Below are positions 41,619-49,482 of a DNA stretch of 50,783 bases, in pieces. The notes under the pieces were generated by a model. The model had not been told where the DNA came from. It searched no databases and saw nothing but the letters and a program-made list of their open reading frames with translations. This DNA is from an uncultured Candidatus Saccharibacteria bacterium (GTDB lineage Bacteria > Patescibacteriota > Saccharimonadia > Saccharimonadales > JALRHH01): positions 1 through 50,783 of the forward strand of contig CAZXDT010000001.1 of assembly GCA_964639295.1 (NCBI GenBank), written 5' to 3'. Position 1 is the stretch's first letter, and the number at the start of each line of letters is the position of its first letter. The position numbers and the translations under genes are program-made.

Positions 41619-43196
41619 ATGGATACACGGCTAGGCACATTCGTCGTCATAGAAGGAACAGAAGCATCAGGCAAAACTGCTCAGTGCGAACTGTTAGTTG
41701 AACGACTCCGCAAAGAGGGTCACGATGTGTTGTTGCTTGATTTCCCGCAGTACAATCAAGAATCTAGTTTCTTTGTGCGTGAGTACCTAGACGCCAAATA
41801 TGGGCAGCCAGGTACCGTGAGCCCGTACACTACGTCATTATTCTATGCGCTAGACCGCTACCAAGCCGCATCAGCTATTCGTGCTGCACTGGATGCTGGT
41901 AAAGTCGTACTTGCAAACCGTTTTACGGGGTCCAACATGGCACAGCAAGGAACGACCTTTAAACACCCGGAGGAGCGCCGTGGCTTCTTTATTTGGCTGG
42001 ACAACCTAGAGTTCCAGATGCTAGGTATTCCGAGACCCGACAAGTCTCTCGTACTGCGCGCCCAAGCAGAAAATAGTGGCTTCAATTCAGAGATCGGGGA
42101 AGTTTACGACGATTTATGTAACCTATTTCCACGCGATTTTCACCGGATTGATTGTGTTCGTAGCGGTAAACCGCTTTCAGCAGAGCTTATTCAAGATACA
42201 GTGTGGAATACCGTAAAGCCACTGTTATCTCCTGGAAAGAGTACGCAAGGAAATATAGAAAGACTTTCTAGTCAGAAGCCCAAAGAAGACTCTACTGAAG
42301 TCAGTACGTTCTATACGGGTGGGAACTATACATACAATGCTCCTACTACCTTGAGTAGTGATGTAGCTGCCCAGTATCGTGAATCTATGGACGCTATTAC
42401 CTCACTTCATTCTCAGATGCTACCAAGATTAACCCAATATTTATTAACGGTTTCTGGCACACCGGAACAAGCCGTTGATATCTTAGACTCCATACTCCCT
42501 GTGGCAGTAGCTGTTGAAAATGATCATACAATAATCGCACCTGCTACAGAGCCGCTAACAGATGATAAACTCACCTTTAAAAGGCATAGTGATGACTATA
42601 CTCAATCTGTTAGATTGACACGATTCTGGCCAAGAAACGAACTAGATTTAGTCACAGATTTACTGTATCTATCTTCAGAGCTATCAATGGCTGAGGTGGC
42701 ACAAGAGGTGTCTAGATTCTCGTACGCGCAGAAGGAACAAACATTGCTAGCTGGCATAAAAAATGTTCTTAACTCTGATATTGTGGTACCGCTAGATATA
42801 AATTACACCTGGGATCTTTTGACCAGTGTCAAAGAGCAGATTACAACAACTTCTCTTATCCCAGGGCAAACCACGAAACAGGCGTTATCTCCACGTTACG
42901 GATATGATATGCCTGAAAGCATAGAGGATGCCGGCTTGGTTGAAGAGTTCGAGAAGTGTTTTGACATAAGTTTAGAGTTGTATAGTTTATTGCAATCAAA
43001 AGGCTACGAATCAGAAGCCCAGTACGCAACACTCCTCGGCCATAAAACCCGGTGGAAACTAAGCTACGGCCTTCAGGGAGCCGTTAATGCTCAGAAAACT
43101 ATGCATTCAAATAAAATCATACGAGAGATGTTAGAAAAGACTAGGGAAAACCACCCTCTTATTACCCAAGCTATATTACCAACTGAAGAAGTATAG
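41619..43196 (+). CDS. tmk: thymidylate kinase fused to a ~310-aa C-terminal domain (possibly a degenerate ThyX-like domain)
   Basis: The N-terminal 200 aa carry the P-loop VIEGTEASGKT and the DRY motif (YALDRY). The C-terminal part contains YTWDLL...QALSPRYGY and YATLLGHKTRWKLSYGLQG, reminiscent of Thy1-family blocks. Confidence 0.75.
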   Translation: MDTRLGTFVVIEGTEASGKTAQCELLVERLRKEGHDVLLLDFPQYNQESSFFVREYLDAKYGQPGTVSPYTTSLFYALDRYQAASAIRAALDAGKVVLANRFTGSNMAQQGTTFKHPEERRGFFIWLDNLEFQMLGIPRPDKSLVLRAQAENSGFNSEIGEVYDDLCNLFPRDFHRIDCVRSGKPLSAELIQDTVWNTVKPLLSPGKSTQGNIERLSSQKPKEDSTEVSTFYTGGNYTYNAPTTLSSDVAAQYRESMDAITSLHSQMLPRLTQYLLTVSGTPEQAVDILDSILPVAVAVENDHTIIAPATEPLTDDKLTFKRHSDDYTQSVRLTRFWPRNELDLVTDLLYLSSELSMAEVAQEVSRFSYAQKEQTLLAGIKNVLNSDIVVPLDINYTWDLLTSVKEQITTTSLIPGQTTKQALSPRYGYDMPESIEDAGLVEEFEKCFDISLELYSLLQSKGYESEAQYATLLGHKTRWKLSYGLQGAVNAQKTMHSNKIIREMLEKTRENHPLITQAILPTEEV

Positions 43197-43208
43197 CTGC
43201 CAAATATT

Positions 43209-43232
43209 AAAACGCCTCAACAGAGGCGTTTT
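43209..43232. terminator. bidirectional terminator between convergent genes
   Basis: AAAACGCCTC-AACA-GAGGCGTTTT, a 10-bp perfect stem including A/T runs. Confidence 0.8.
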
Positions 43233-43247
43233 AACCGCAGTGTAATT

Positions 43248-43736
43248 CTAGAACGAGCCTACAGCAGATCTAGTTACCATAGAACCGAGTAGCTCTGACG
43301 GTCGGTCTACAACGGCATAACCTTCATAGTATATGCCGAATGGATTGTTGTCGGAGTCACGATCAACTCGTGCACGAATCCCGGCCCCATACTCAGTAAA
43401 TTCGACTTGAATATTACGCGAGTCACCCCCATGTTCCGTAATACTCATGGTAGGGAACTTATTCTGTGTCGCTTCTAGGAACGACTCATGAATTTGTGCA
43501 TGATGAGGATCAGTAATTACAAAGTAGCGATTAAAGGTACCTTCATTGCCCTTAACAAACTCCTGTAAATGCTCCGCGATGCCCATACCTTGCAGTCGAG
43601 CATACTCTTGTGGATCATTTACCAGAAGTTCAGCATTTTGCCTTACTTTCCGTAGCTGCTCCAAATCTTGTTTGATTTCCTCTTTTGTTCGAGGAGGACG
43701 TTCACGTTGGTCTGGTATTATCACCGTTTTTCTCAT
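43248..43736 (-). CDS. hypothetical protein (162 aa)
   Basis: An ORF with no recognised motif. Confidence 0.55.
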   Translation of the reverse strand: MRKTVIIPDQRERPPRTKEEIKQDLEQLRKVRQNAELLVNDPQEYARLQGMGIAEHLQEFVKGNEGTFNRYFVITDPHHAQIHESFLEATQNKFPTMSITEHGGDSRNIQVEFTEYGAGIRARVDRDSDNNPFGIYYEGYAVVDRPSELLGSMVTRSAVGSF

Positions 43737-43865
43737 TTACGCTTACTTTTATACGCTTGTTTTGAAGTAATACAAGATACAATCCAAGGTTTGTAATAAA
43801 CTTGTCTCGATTACGTCGTACTTGGTATAAATGAACAATATATTGATATATGCAGAATCTTTTTC

Positions 43866-44022
43866 AAAAAAATAACTCCAAGGATTTTGGAGCTTATGTT
43901 CTTTGTTTCTGATTGTCTACTTTATCTGAACACGGCTCCAACCTACATTTGCGGCATGCACACAATACCGCAGTAGCGGGTACTGTACTTTGCTGAAATG
44001 TGGTTGTTTGTAGTGTTCACAA
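43866..44022 (-). ncRNA. candidate structured small RNA (unclassified), ~155 nt
   Basis: It is bounded by the promoter at 44056-44029 and a hairpin plus U-run at 43892-43866. The hand fold gives a 7-bp helix and an 11-bp helix stacked as a rod, plus apical hairpins. There is no meaningful ORF on this strand. The 5' end is estimated from the -10 position. Confidence 0.5.
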
Positions 44023-44028
44023 ATATCT

Positions 44029-44056
44029 ATTCTAGGCTATATGTAGTGTGTGTCAA
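44029..44056 (-). promoter_or_regulatory. near-consensus sigma70-type promoter (minus strand)
   Basis: The minus strand reads TTGACA (44056-44051), a 16-nt spacer, then TAGAAT (44034-44029). Confidence 0.55.
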
Positions 44057-44065
44057 CCCGCACCC

Positions 44066-44094
44066 TTGTAAAACTACCTCTTGTTCGGTATAAT
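44066..44094 (+). promoter_or_regulatory. candidate rplJ-rplL promoter
   Basis: TTGTAA (44066-44071), a 17-nt spacer, then TATAAT (44089-44094), preceded by GG as in the GGTATAAT motif. Confidence 0.55.
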
Positions 44095-44288
44095 TATGCC
44101 TAAGTTGCCAAAGACAGCGACGGGTCTTCTGATCTTGATAATGTCGCCTAGGTACAAACATCCTCTTATTGAGCGTTTGAACGTCTTTTCTGGTAACAGA
44201 CAAAGGCGTTTTTGTTTGGCAACGTAATCAGAGATCCATTTGGTCGATAGGACTCTACAACAAAGCTAAATCCATCGAAGGAAACTAC
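44095..44288 (+). promoter_or_regulatory. structured 5' leader of rplJ (candidate L10 leader)
   Basis: A ~195-nt untranslated leader. It has a 9-bp long-range pairing, GTTGCCAAA (44104-44112) with TTTGGCAAC (44215-44223), and an internal GCGAC/GTCGC pairing (44117-44121 with 44143-44147). Confidence 0.45.
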
Positions 44289-44813
44289 ATGGCTTTAACA
44301 AAAGACAAGAAAAACGAAGTTATTGCAGAAGTTGCTGAGTTACTCAGTAACTCTAAGATGACTGTCGTTGCAGCCTACCAGGGTACTCCTGTTAAGGCGA
44401 TGCAGGCATTACGCCGTCAAGGTGCCGAAAATGGCACTAAGCTCAAAGTTGTTAAGAACCGTTTGGTTATCCAGGCTATAAAAGGCCAGAGTAACCTAAA
44501 GGATGTCGAGACTTCAGCGCTTAACGGTATGCTCCTGTACGCCTTCAACAACGAGGACGAGGTAGCTCCTGCTCGTGTATTGGCTGAGTTTGCGAAAACC
44601 CAACCTACACTACAGTTTGTCGGTGCAATTTCTCCAGAAGGTAAGTTCCTTACATCTGACGAAATCTCAGCACTTGCAACATTACCAAGCAAGAACGAGC
44701 TTATCGCTCAAGTTGTTGCAACCCTTCTTTCACCGGTTCACGATGTTACAAGCGGCCTTTCTGGCAACTTGCACGCATTGCTTGACGGTGTAGAAGCTAA
44801 GGCTACGGCCTAA
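44289..44813 (+). CDS. rplJ: 50S ribosomal protein L10
   Basis: The L10 N-terminal pattern (LTKDKKNEVIAEVAELLSNSKMTVVAAYQGTPVKAMQALRR) followed by rplL. Confidence 0.95.
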   Translation: MALTKDKKNEVIAEVAELLSNSKMTVVAAYQGTPVKAMQALRRQGAENGTKLKVVKNRLVIQAIKGQSNLKDVETSALNGMLLYAFNNEDEVAPARVLAEFAKTQPTLQFVGAISPEGKFLTSDEISALATLPSKNELIAQVVATLLSPVHDVTSGLSGNLHALLDGVEAKATA

Positions 44814-44845
44814 TACTAACCCACTATTTCTAAGGAGAATTTGAA

Positions 44846-45220
44846 ATGGCTGACGTAAAGAAATTAGCAGAACAGCTCGTAGGGCTTACTGTTTTAGAAG
44901 TAAATGAACTAAAAACCATCCTTAAGGATGAATACAACATCGAGCCAGCTGCTGCAGCTGTTGCTGTTGCTGGTCCTGCTGCTGCAGCTGGTCCTGCAGA
45001 AGACGCAAAATCTGAATACAATGTTGTCCTCAAGGACGCAGGTGCTCAGAAGGTTGCTGTTATCAAGGCTGTTAAGGACATTACTGGACTTGGCCTTGGT
45101 GAAGCTAAGGCTCTCGTTGACGGTGTTCCATCAACTATCCTTGAAGCTGCTAAGACTGACGACGCAGAAGCTGCTAAGAAAGCTCTTGAAGCTGCTGGCG
45201 CTGTTGCTGAACTCGCTTAG
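44846..45220 (+). CDS. rplL: 50S ribosomal protein L7/L12
   Basis: An Ala-rich hinge and a C-terminal domain with [25 protein letters not shown]...[11 protein letters not shown]. Confidence 0.95.
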   Translation: MADVKKLAEQLVGLTVLEVNELKTILKDEYNIEPAAAAVAVAGPAAAAGPAEDAKSEYNVVLKDAGAQKVAVIKAVKDITGLGLGEAKALVDGVPSTILEAAKTDDAEAAKKALEAAGAVAELA

Positions 45221-45249
45221 TTCGAACACGACACAAGTCGTAATACACG

Positions 45250-45279
45250 AATACCGCTCAGAAATGGGCGGTATTTTTA
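45250..45279 (+). terminator. intrinsic terminator after rplL
   Basis: ATACCGC...GCGGTAT forms a 7-bp stem followed by TTTTT. Confidence 0.75.
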
Positions 45280-45413
45280 TTTATCTGAAGAATCAATTAT
45301 CCACAGGTATAGTTCTAATACTTTGACATCAGGGTTATGACATGGTACCGTTAAGCCAGAAGTATGCCCTGAGAGCGCACTACTGGAGTAGAAACAAACG
45401 AGAAAACAATACA

Positions 45414-45923
45414 ATGGCAGACGTACCAGAGAAACAAATCAAACGATTAAAGAGCCTTATCCAAGAGGCGGAGACAAGTTTGGCAGCAGCGAAAGAGTTG
45501 TTGTTGAGTCTTGTTGGTGAAGATTCTACCGTAGCTGCAGCAATGCACGACGACCCAAGTGGTAAGATTATCGAAGGTGTCTTCGATGGTCAGACTATGG
45601 TTGGATCAGACGGGAAGACGTATCCTGTACCTGCTAACTATGCCAGTAAGTCTAAGCTCGTTCAGGGTGATATCCTTAAGCTAACCATCGCTGATGATGG
45701 TGCATTTATGTACAAGCAAATCGGCCCAATTCCACGCAAACAAGTTGTTGGCGTACTTATCCAAGAAAACGGCCACTACTATGTTGACGTGAACACTCAC
45801 AAATACCGTGTACTACTTGCCAGCGTAACCTACTTTAAGGCTAAGCCGGGCGACCAAGTCAGTGTCAACGTCCCTGAGGACGACCAACACGCCGAATGGG
45901 CTGCACTCGAAGCCGCACTCTAA
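45414..45923 (+). CDS. hypothetical protein (169 aa)
   Basis: I chose ATG 45414 (MADVPEKQIK...). The longer 45342 frame adds an implausible basic peptide. No motif recognised. Confidence 0.55.
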   Translation: MADVPEKQIKRLKSLIQEAETSLAAAKELLLSLVGEDSTVAAAMHDDPSGKIIEGVFDGQTMVGSDGKTYPVPANYASKSKLVQGDILKLTIADDGAFMYKQIGPIPRKQVVGVLIQENGHYYVDVNTHKYRVLLASVTYFKAKPGDQVSVNVPEDDQHAEWAALEAAL

Positions 45924-45945
45924 AGCCCCGAAAGGGGCTTTTTTA
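45923..45945 (+). terminator. intrinsic terminator
   Basis: AAGCCCC-GAAA-GGGGCTT followed by TTTTT. Confidence 0.85.
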
Positions 45946-45970
45946 TTAGCCTGATGTACAATGGGGTCAC

Positions 45971-46510
45971 ATGAAGATCACTAAAGCGGACGTGTTTTCA
46001 CCTGCTAATGGAATAAGTCTCATTGGTTTGTCGATGACAATCTGGGGTTCGATTAACATTCATACGCTTGCGGGTGTTTTGATACTTGGTGCCGGTCGAT
46101 TTATAGATCTGTTCGACGGTAAAGTCGCACGTGCGACACATACGAGTCGTTTTGGGGCTGCTGTTGACGCTACATTTGACAAGATAGGCCTGGCATTCTT
46201 AGTGCCAGCTATTTGGATTGCCCACATCGCACCTTACTGGCTATTGATCTATATTCTTGTCCAAAACGCTTTAAATGTAGTCTTTAGTCTGGTTGCGACT
46301 GCAAGGCATGCTAAGCCAACCTCATCTAAATTTGGTAAACATGCAATGTTCTTTCAACAGATTAGCTTAGGGTTTTACGCGCTCGGAAATACGATTAATT
46401 TCAGGCCATTCACAATCCTTGGCCTAATTATCGGTGTAGCAAGTATTTACTGGGCTGCCAGGGCAACTTATGGTTATTTCAAAATGGTTCCCGAAAAGCT
46501 GACTACATAA
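45971..46510 (+). CDS. CDP-alcohol phosphatidyltransferase family protein
   Basis: The signature D-x2-DG-x2-AR-x8-G-x3-D-x3-D is present in RFIDLFDGKVARATHTSRFGAAVDATFDKIG. The protein is polytopic. Confidence 0.85.
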   Translation: MKITKADVFSPANGISLIGLSMTIWGSINIHTLAGVLILGAGRFIDLFDGKVARATHTSRFGAAVDATFDKIGLAFLVPAIWIAHIAPYWLLIYILVQNALNVVFSLVATARHAKPTSSKFGKHAMFFQQISLGFYALGNTINFRPFTILGLIIGVASIYWAARATYGYFKMVPEKLTT

Positions 46511-46553
46511 AAACAACAGACTGCTACGAATTCACAGCGTATACTAATAGGAA

Positions 46554-48035
46554 ATGGGACAGGCACTATATAGAAAGTACCGTTCAAAGTCTCTTGACGA
46601 GATTGTTGGACAACCACACATCACCACAACTTTGAGCAATGCGCTCAAAAACGGGGCGATTAGCCATGCATACCTGTTTACCGGGCCGCGCGGGGTAGGC
46701 AAGACAAGTATCGCCCGTATCTTGGCACATGAAGTTAATGGGTTGCCGTACACCGATGACTCTATTCACTTAGATATTATTGAAATAGACGCAGCCAGCA
46801 ATCGTCGTATTGACGAGATCCGTGAACTCCGTGAACGCGTACATACTGCGCCGACCAGTGCAAAGTACAAGGTCTACATCATTGACGAAGTCCACATGCT
46901 CACAAAAGAAGCCTTCAATGCGCTACTCAAGACCCTCGAGGAACCACCAGCGCACGTTATATTTATCCTGGCCACTACGGAGGCACACAAACTACCAGAG
47001 ACTATTGTTAGCCGCACACAACGCTTCAGCTTCAAACCAGTAGAAGAAAGCCAAGTTATTGATCATTTGCGCTTCATTGCCAAGGAAGAAAGCTCAGATA
47101 TCAGTGACGATGCACTCCAGCTGATTGCTCAGCACGGCGGTGGCAGTTTCCGTGACAGCATCAGCCTCTTAGACCAGGTAAGGGGTCATGGCACCTCCGT
47201 GACACTTGCAGACGTCCAAAACATGCTTGGTATCGCTCCAGACCAGGCAATTGATGAAATGATTAGTATTTTGCAGAATAATGACACTGCAAAATTAGTA
47301 TTAGCCCTACGCTCACTCAGAGAACAAGGTTATCAGGCAGCTCAAGTTGCTAAACAGATTGCCGGGAGATTACGCCAGTATCTTTTAGAGGGCCAAGCGC
47401 CTATCACAACGGAACTTATTACACCTACCTTACAGAAGTTATTAGATGTCCCCACTGCACACGACCCAGAAGCTGCACTTGAGTTGGTTCTGCTTGATGT
47501 TGTACTCTCTCAAAGTCCAAGCAGTATCGTCCCGGTGCCAGTTGTTAACACACCTGAGCCCGCTCAAGAAGCCGCACCACAACCTGAACCAATAGTTGAT
47601 ATTATGCCTGTCCCCGAGCCAGAACCCGTAAAACTGAAGCAAGGGAAGCCTAGGCCTGTTATCAACACTGGCGAGCCTCTTGACGCCAAAGTGTGGGATG
47701 AAGCACTCATGACAATTAAGCAGAAAAATAACACTCTTTACAGTGTTGCACGTATGGCAAAACCTCATATAGAGGGTGATACCATTACACTTACCCTCGG
47801 CTTTGCATTCCATCAAAAGCGCCTTAACGAGACCAAGAATAAGCAGATCATTGCAGACGTCATACAACAGCTTATCGGCAGGCCTATAGCGATCACATGT
47901 ACGCTCGATACAGCTGCGCCTACGGCTCCAGCCAAGGCAATGGCAGTCACACCACCCGTGGCCGCAACAACCACTTCAAATACGGTTTCAACCATAAGCA
48001 ATATCTTCGGTGGCGCCGAAGTGCTAGAATCTTAA
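46554..48035 (+). CDS. dnaX: DNA polymerase III gamma/tau subunit
   Basis: YRKYRSKSLDEIVGQPHI..., Walker A GPRGVGKTS, Walker B YIIDEVHML and the SRTQRF sensor. Confidence 0.95.
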   Translation: MGQALYRKYRSKSLDEIVGQPHITTTLSNALKNGAISHAYLFTGPRGVGKTSIARILAHEVNGLPYTDDSIHLDIIEIDAASNRRIDEIRELRERVHTAPTSAKYKVYIIDEVHMLTKEAFNALLKTLEEPPAHVIFILATTEAHKLPETIVSRTQRFSFKPVEESQVIDHLRFIAKEESSDISDDALQLIAQHGGGSFRDSISLLDQVRGHGTSVTLADVQNMLGIAPDQAIDEMISILQNNDTAKLVLALRSLREQGYQAAQVAKQIAGRLRQYLLEGQAPITTELITPTLQKLLDVPTAHDPEAALELVLLDVVLSQSPSSIVPVPVVNTPEPAQEAAPQPEPIVDIMPVPEPEPVKLKQGKPRPVINTGEPLDAKVWDEALMTIKQKNNTLYSVARMAKPHIEGDTITLTLGFAFHQKRLNETKNKQIIADVIQQLIGRPIAITCTLDTAAPTAPAKAMAVTPPVAATTTSNTVSTISNIFGGAEVLES

Positions 48036-48041
48036 ATAACT

Positions 48042-49415
48042 ATGGACGATATAGGTAACCTACCGGCGGGGGCTAAACTCCCTCCTCAAAACTCCGATGC
48101 AGAAGCAAGTTTGCTTGGTGCAATCCTCATTGATGCCGATGCGATAGTAAAAATCGCCGACGTTGTTCGTCCCGATGACTTTTATGAAGAGCGCCATCGT
48201 CGTATCTACGAAGCAATTCTCAACTTGTACGAAAAACATAGTCCCATTGATGTGCTAACCCTTTCTGATCAATTAAAGGGAAGTGGTTTCCTCGACATGG
48301 CAGGTGGTTCATCTTACCTGACAGAGCTAACTAATTTTGTACCTACGGCTACACACGTTGAACAGTATGCAGATATTGTTTCCCAGAAAGCCCTTAGACG
48401 CCGCCTTATTAAGGCATCGCAAGATATTGTTGGGCTGGGTTACGACGAGGCTAGAAGTCTCCAGGAACTTGTGGAAGAAGCCGAGACCAAGCTGTTTGAA
48501 GTTAGCCAGCGCCACGTCAAGCAAGACATTACCAGTATTGAAACTATTCTTTCTGAGAGCTTTGATCGATTGGATGAGCTACACAAAGATAAAGGCAAGA
48601 TCCGTGGCGTACCAACAGGCTTTAAGGATATGGACAATATCTTGGCTGGACTCCAGAAATCTGACCTTTTTATCCTCGCTGCCCGTCCATCCATGGGTAA
48701 AACGGCATTTTCACTAAACCTTGCACATAACGTCGCAGTTAAGTCTAAGGAAGCCGTACTGGTCTTTAGTTTGGAAATGAGCAAGGAACAGCTGGTTGAC
48801 CGTATGCTATCCATGGAGTCTGGTGTTGATGCCTGGGCACTCCGTACAGGTAACCTAACTGATGCTGACTTTGAAAAAATTGGTCACGCAATGGGAACAT
48901 TATCTGAAGCCCAGATATATATTGACGATTCACCAGGTATTACCGTGAGTGATATGCGAACCAAGGCTCGTCGTGAGGCACACTTACGTCCTATCGGGCT
49001 TATCATTGTCGACTACTTGCAGTTGATGAGTGGTGGTTCACGCTTTGGTGGGGACGGCAACCGCGTCCAGGAAATCTCAGAGATTTCTCGTGGTCTTAAG
49101 GGAATAGCCCGTGAACTAAATGTGCCCGTAATCGCACTGAGTCAGCTAAGCCGTTCGGTTGAAAACCGCAACCCTCAGATTCCTCAGCTATCTGACCTCC
49201 GTGAATCTGGGTCTATTGAGCAAGATGCAGACGTTGTGGCTTTTATTTACCGCGAGGAATACTACAATCCAGAAACTGACCGCAAAAACATGACTGATAT
49301 CTTCATTAAGAAGCATCGTAACGGGCCAACTGGTGCAGTCGAGTTGTACTTCGACCGTGAGAAACAGCGCTTTAGAAGCGTTGATAGTAAGCATACTTCA
49401 ACTCCATTTGACTAA
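48042..49415 (+). CDS. dnaB: replicative DNA helicase DnaB
   Basis: N-terminal PPQNSDAEASLLGAILID, Walker A AARPSMGKTAF, IVDYLQLM and SQLSRSVE motifs. Confidence 0.95.
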   Translation: MDDIGNLPAGAKLPPQNSDAEASLLGAILIDADAIVKIADVVRPDDFYEERHRRIYEAILNLYEKHSPIDVLTLSDQLKGSGFLDMAGGSSYLTELTNFVPTATHVEQYADIVSQKALRRRLIKASQDIVGLGYDEARSLQELVEEAETKLFEVSQRHVKQDITSIETILSESFDRLDELHKDKGKIRGVPTGFKDMDNILAGLQKSDLFILAARPSMGKTAFSLNLAHNVAVKSKEAVLVFSLEMSKEQLVDRMLSMESGVDAWALRTGNLTDADFEKIGHAMGTLSEAQIYIDDSPGITVSDMRTKARREAHLRPIGLIIVDYLQLMSGGSRFGGDGNRVQEISEISRGLKGIARELNVPVIALSQLSRSVENRNPQIPQLSDLRESGSIEQDADVVAFIYREEYYNPETDRKNMTDIFIKKHRNGPTGAVELYFDREKQRFRSVDSKHTSTPFD

Positions 49416-49482
49416 ACTGACCCCATACACCAGCTAGCCTGCTCTAATGCAGAGCATCAGACTCTGCTAGCATCTTGGCCCC

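Noticed and set aside
45342-45413. The longer start of ORF 45342..45923, and similarly 22830..22868 for the kinase and 26967..26978 for secE.
   Set aside because: The extensions add short basic or hydrophobic junk peptides and lack SD or promoter logic. The internal ATGs sit right after promoter or SD-like signals.
46554-48035. A programmed -1 frameshift site (A AAA AAG type) in dnaX producing gamma.
   Set aside because: I found no slippery heptamer with a downstream hairpin when reading the gene.
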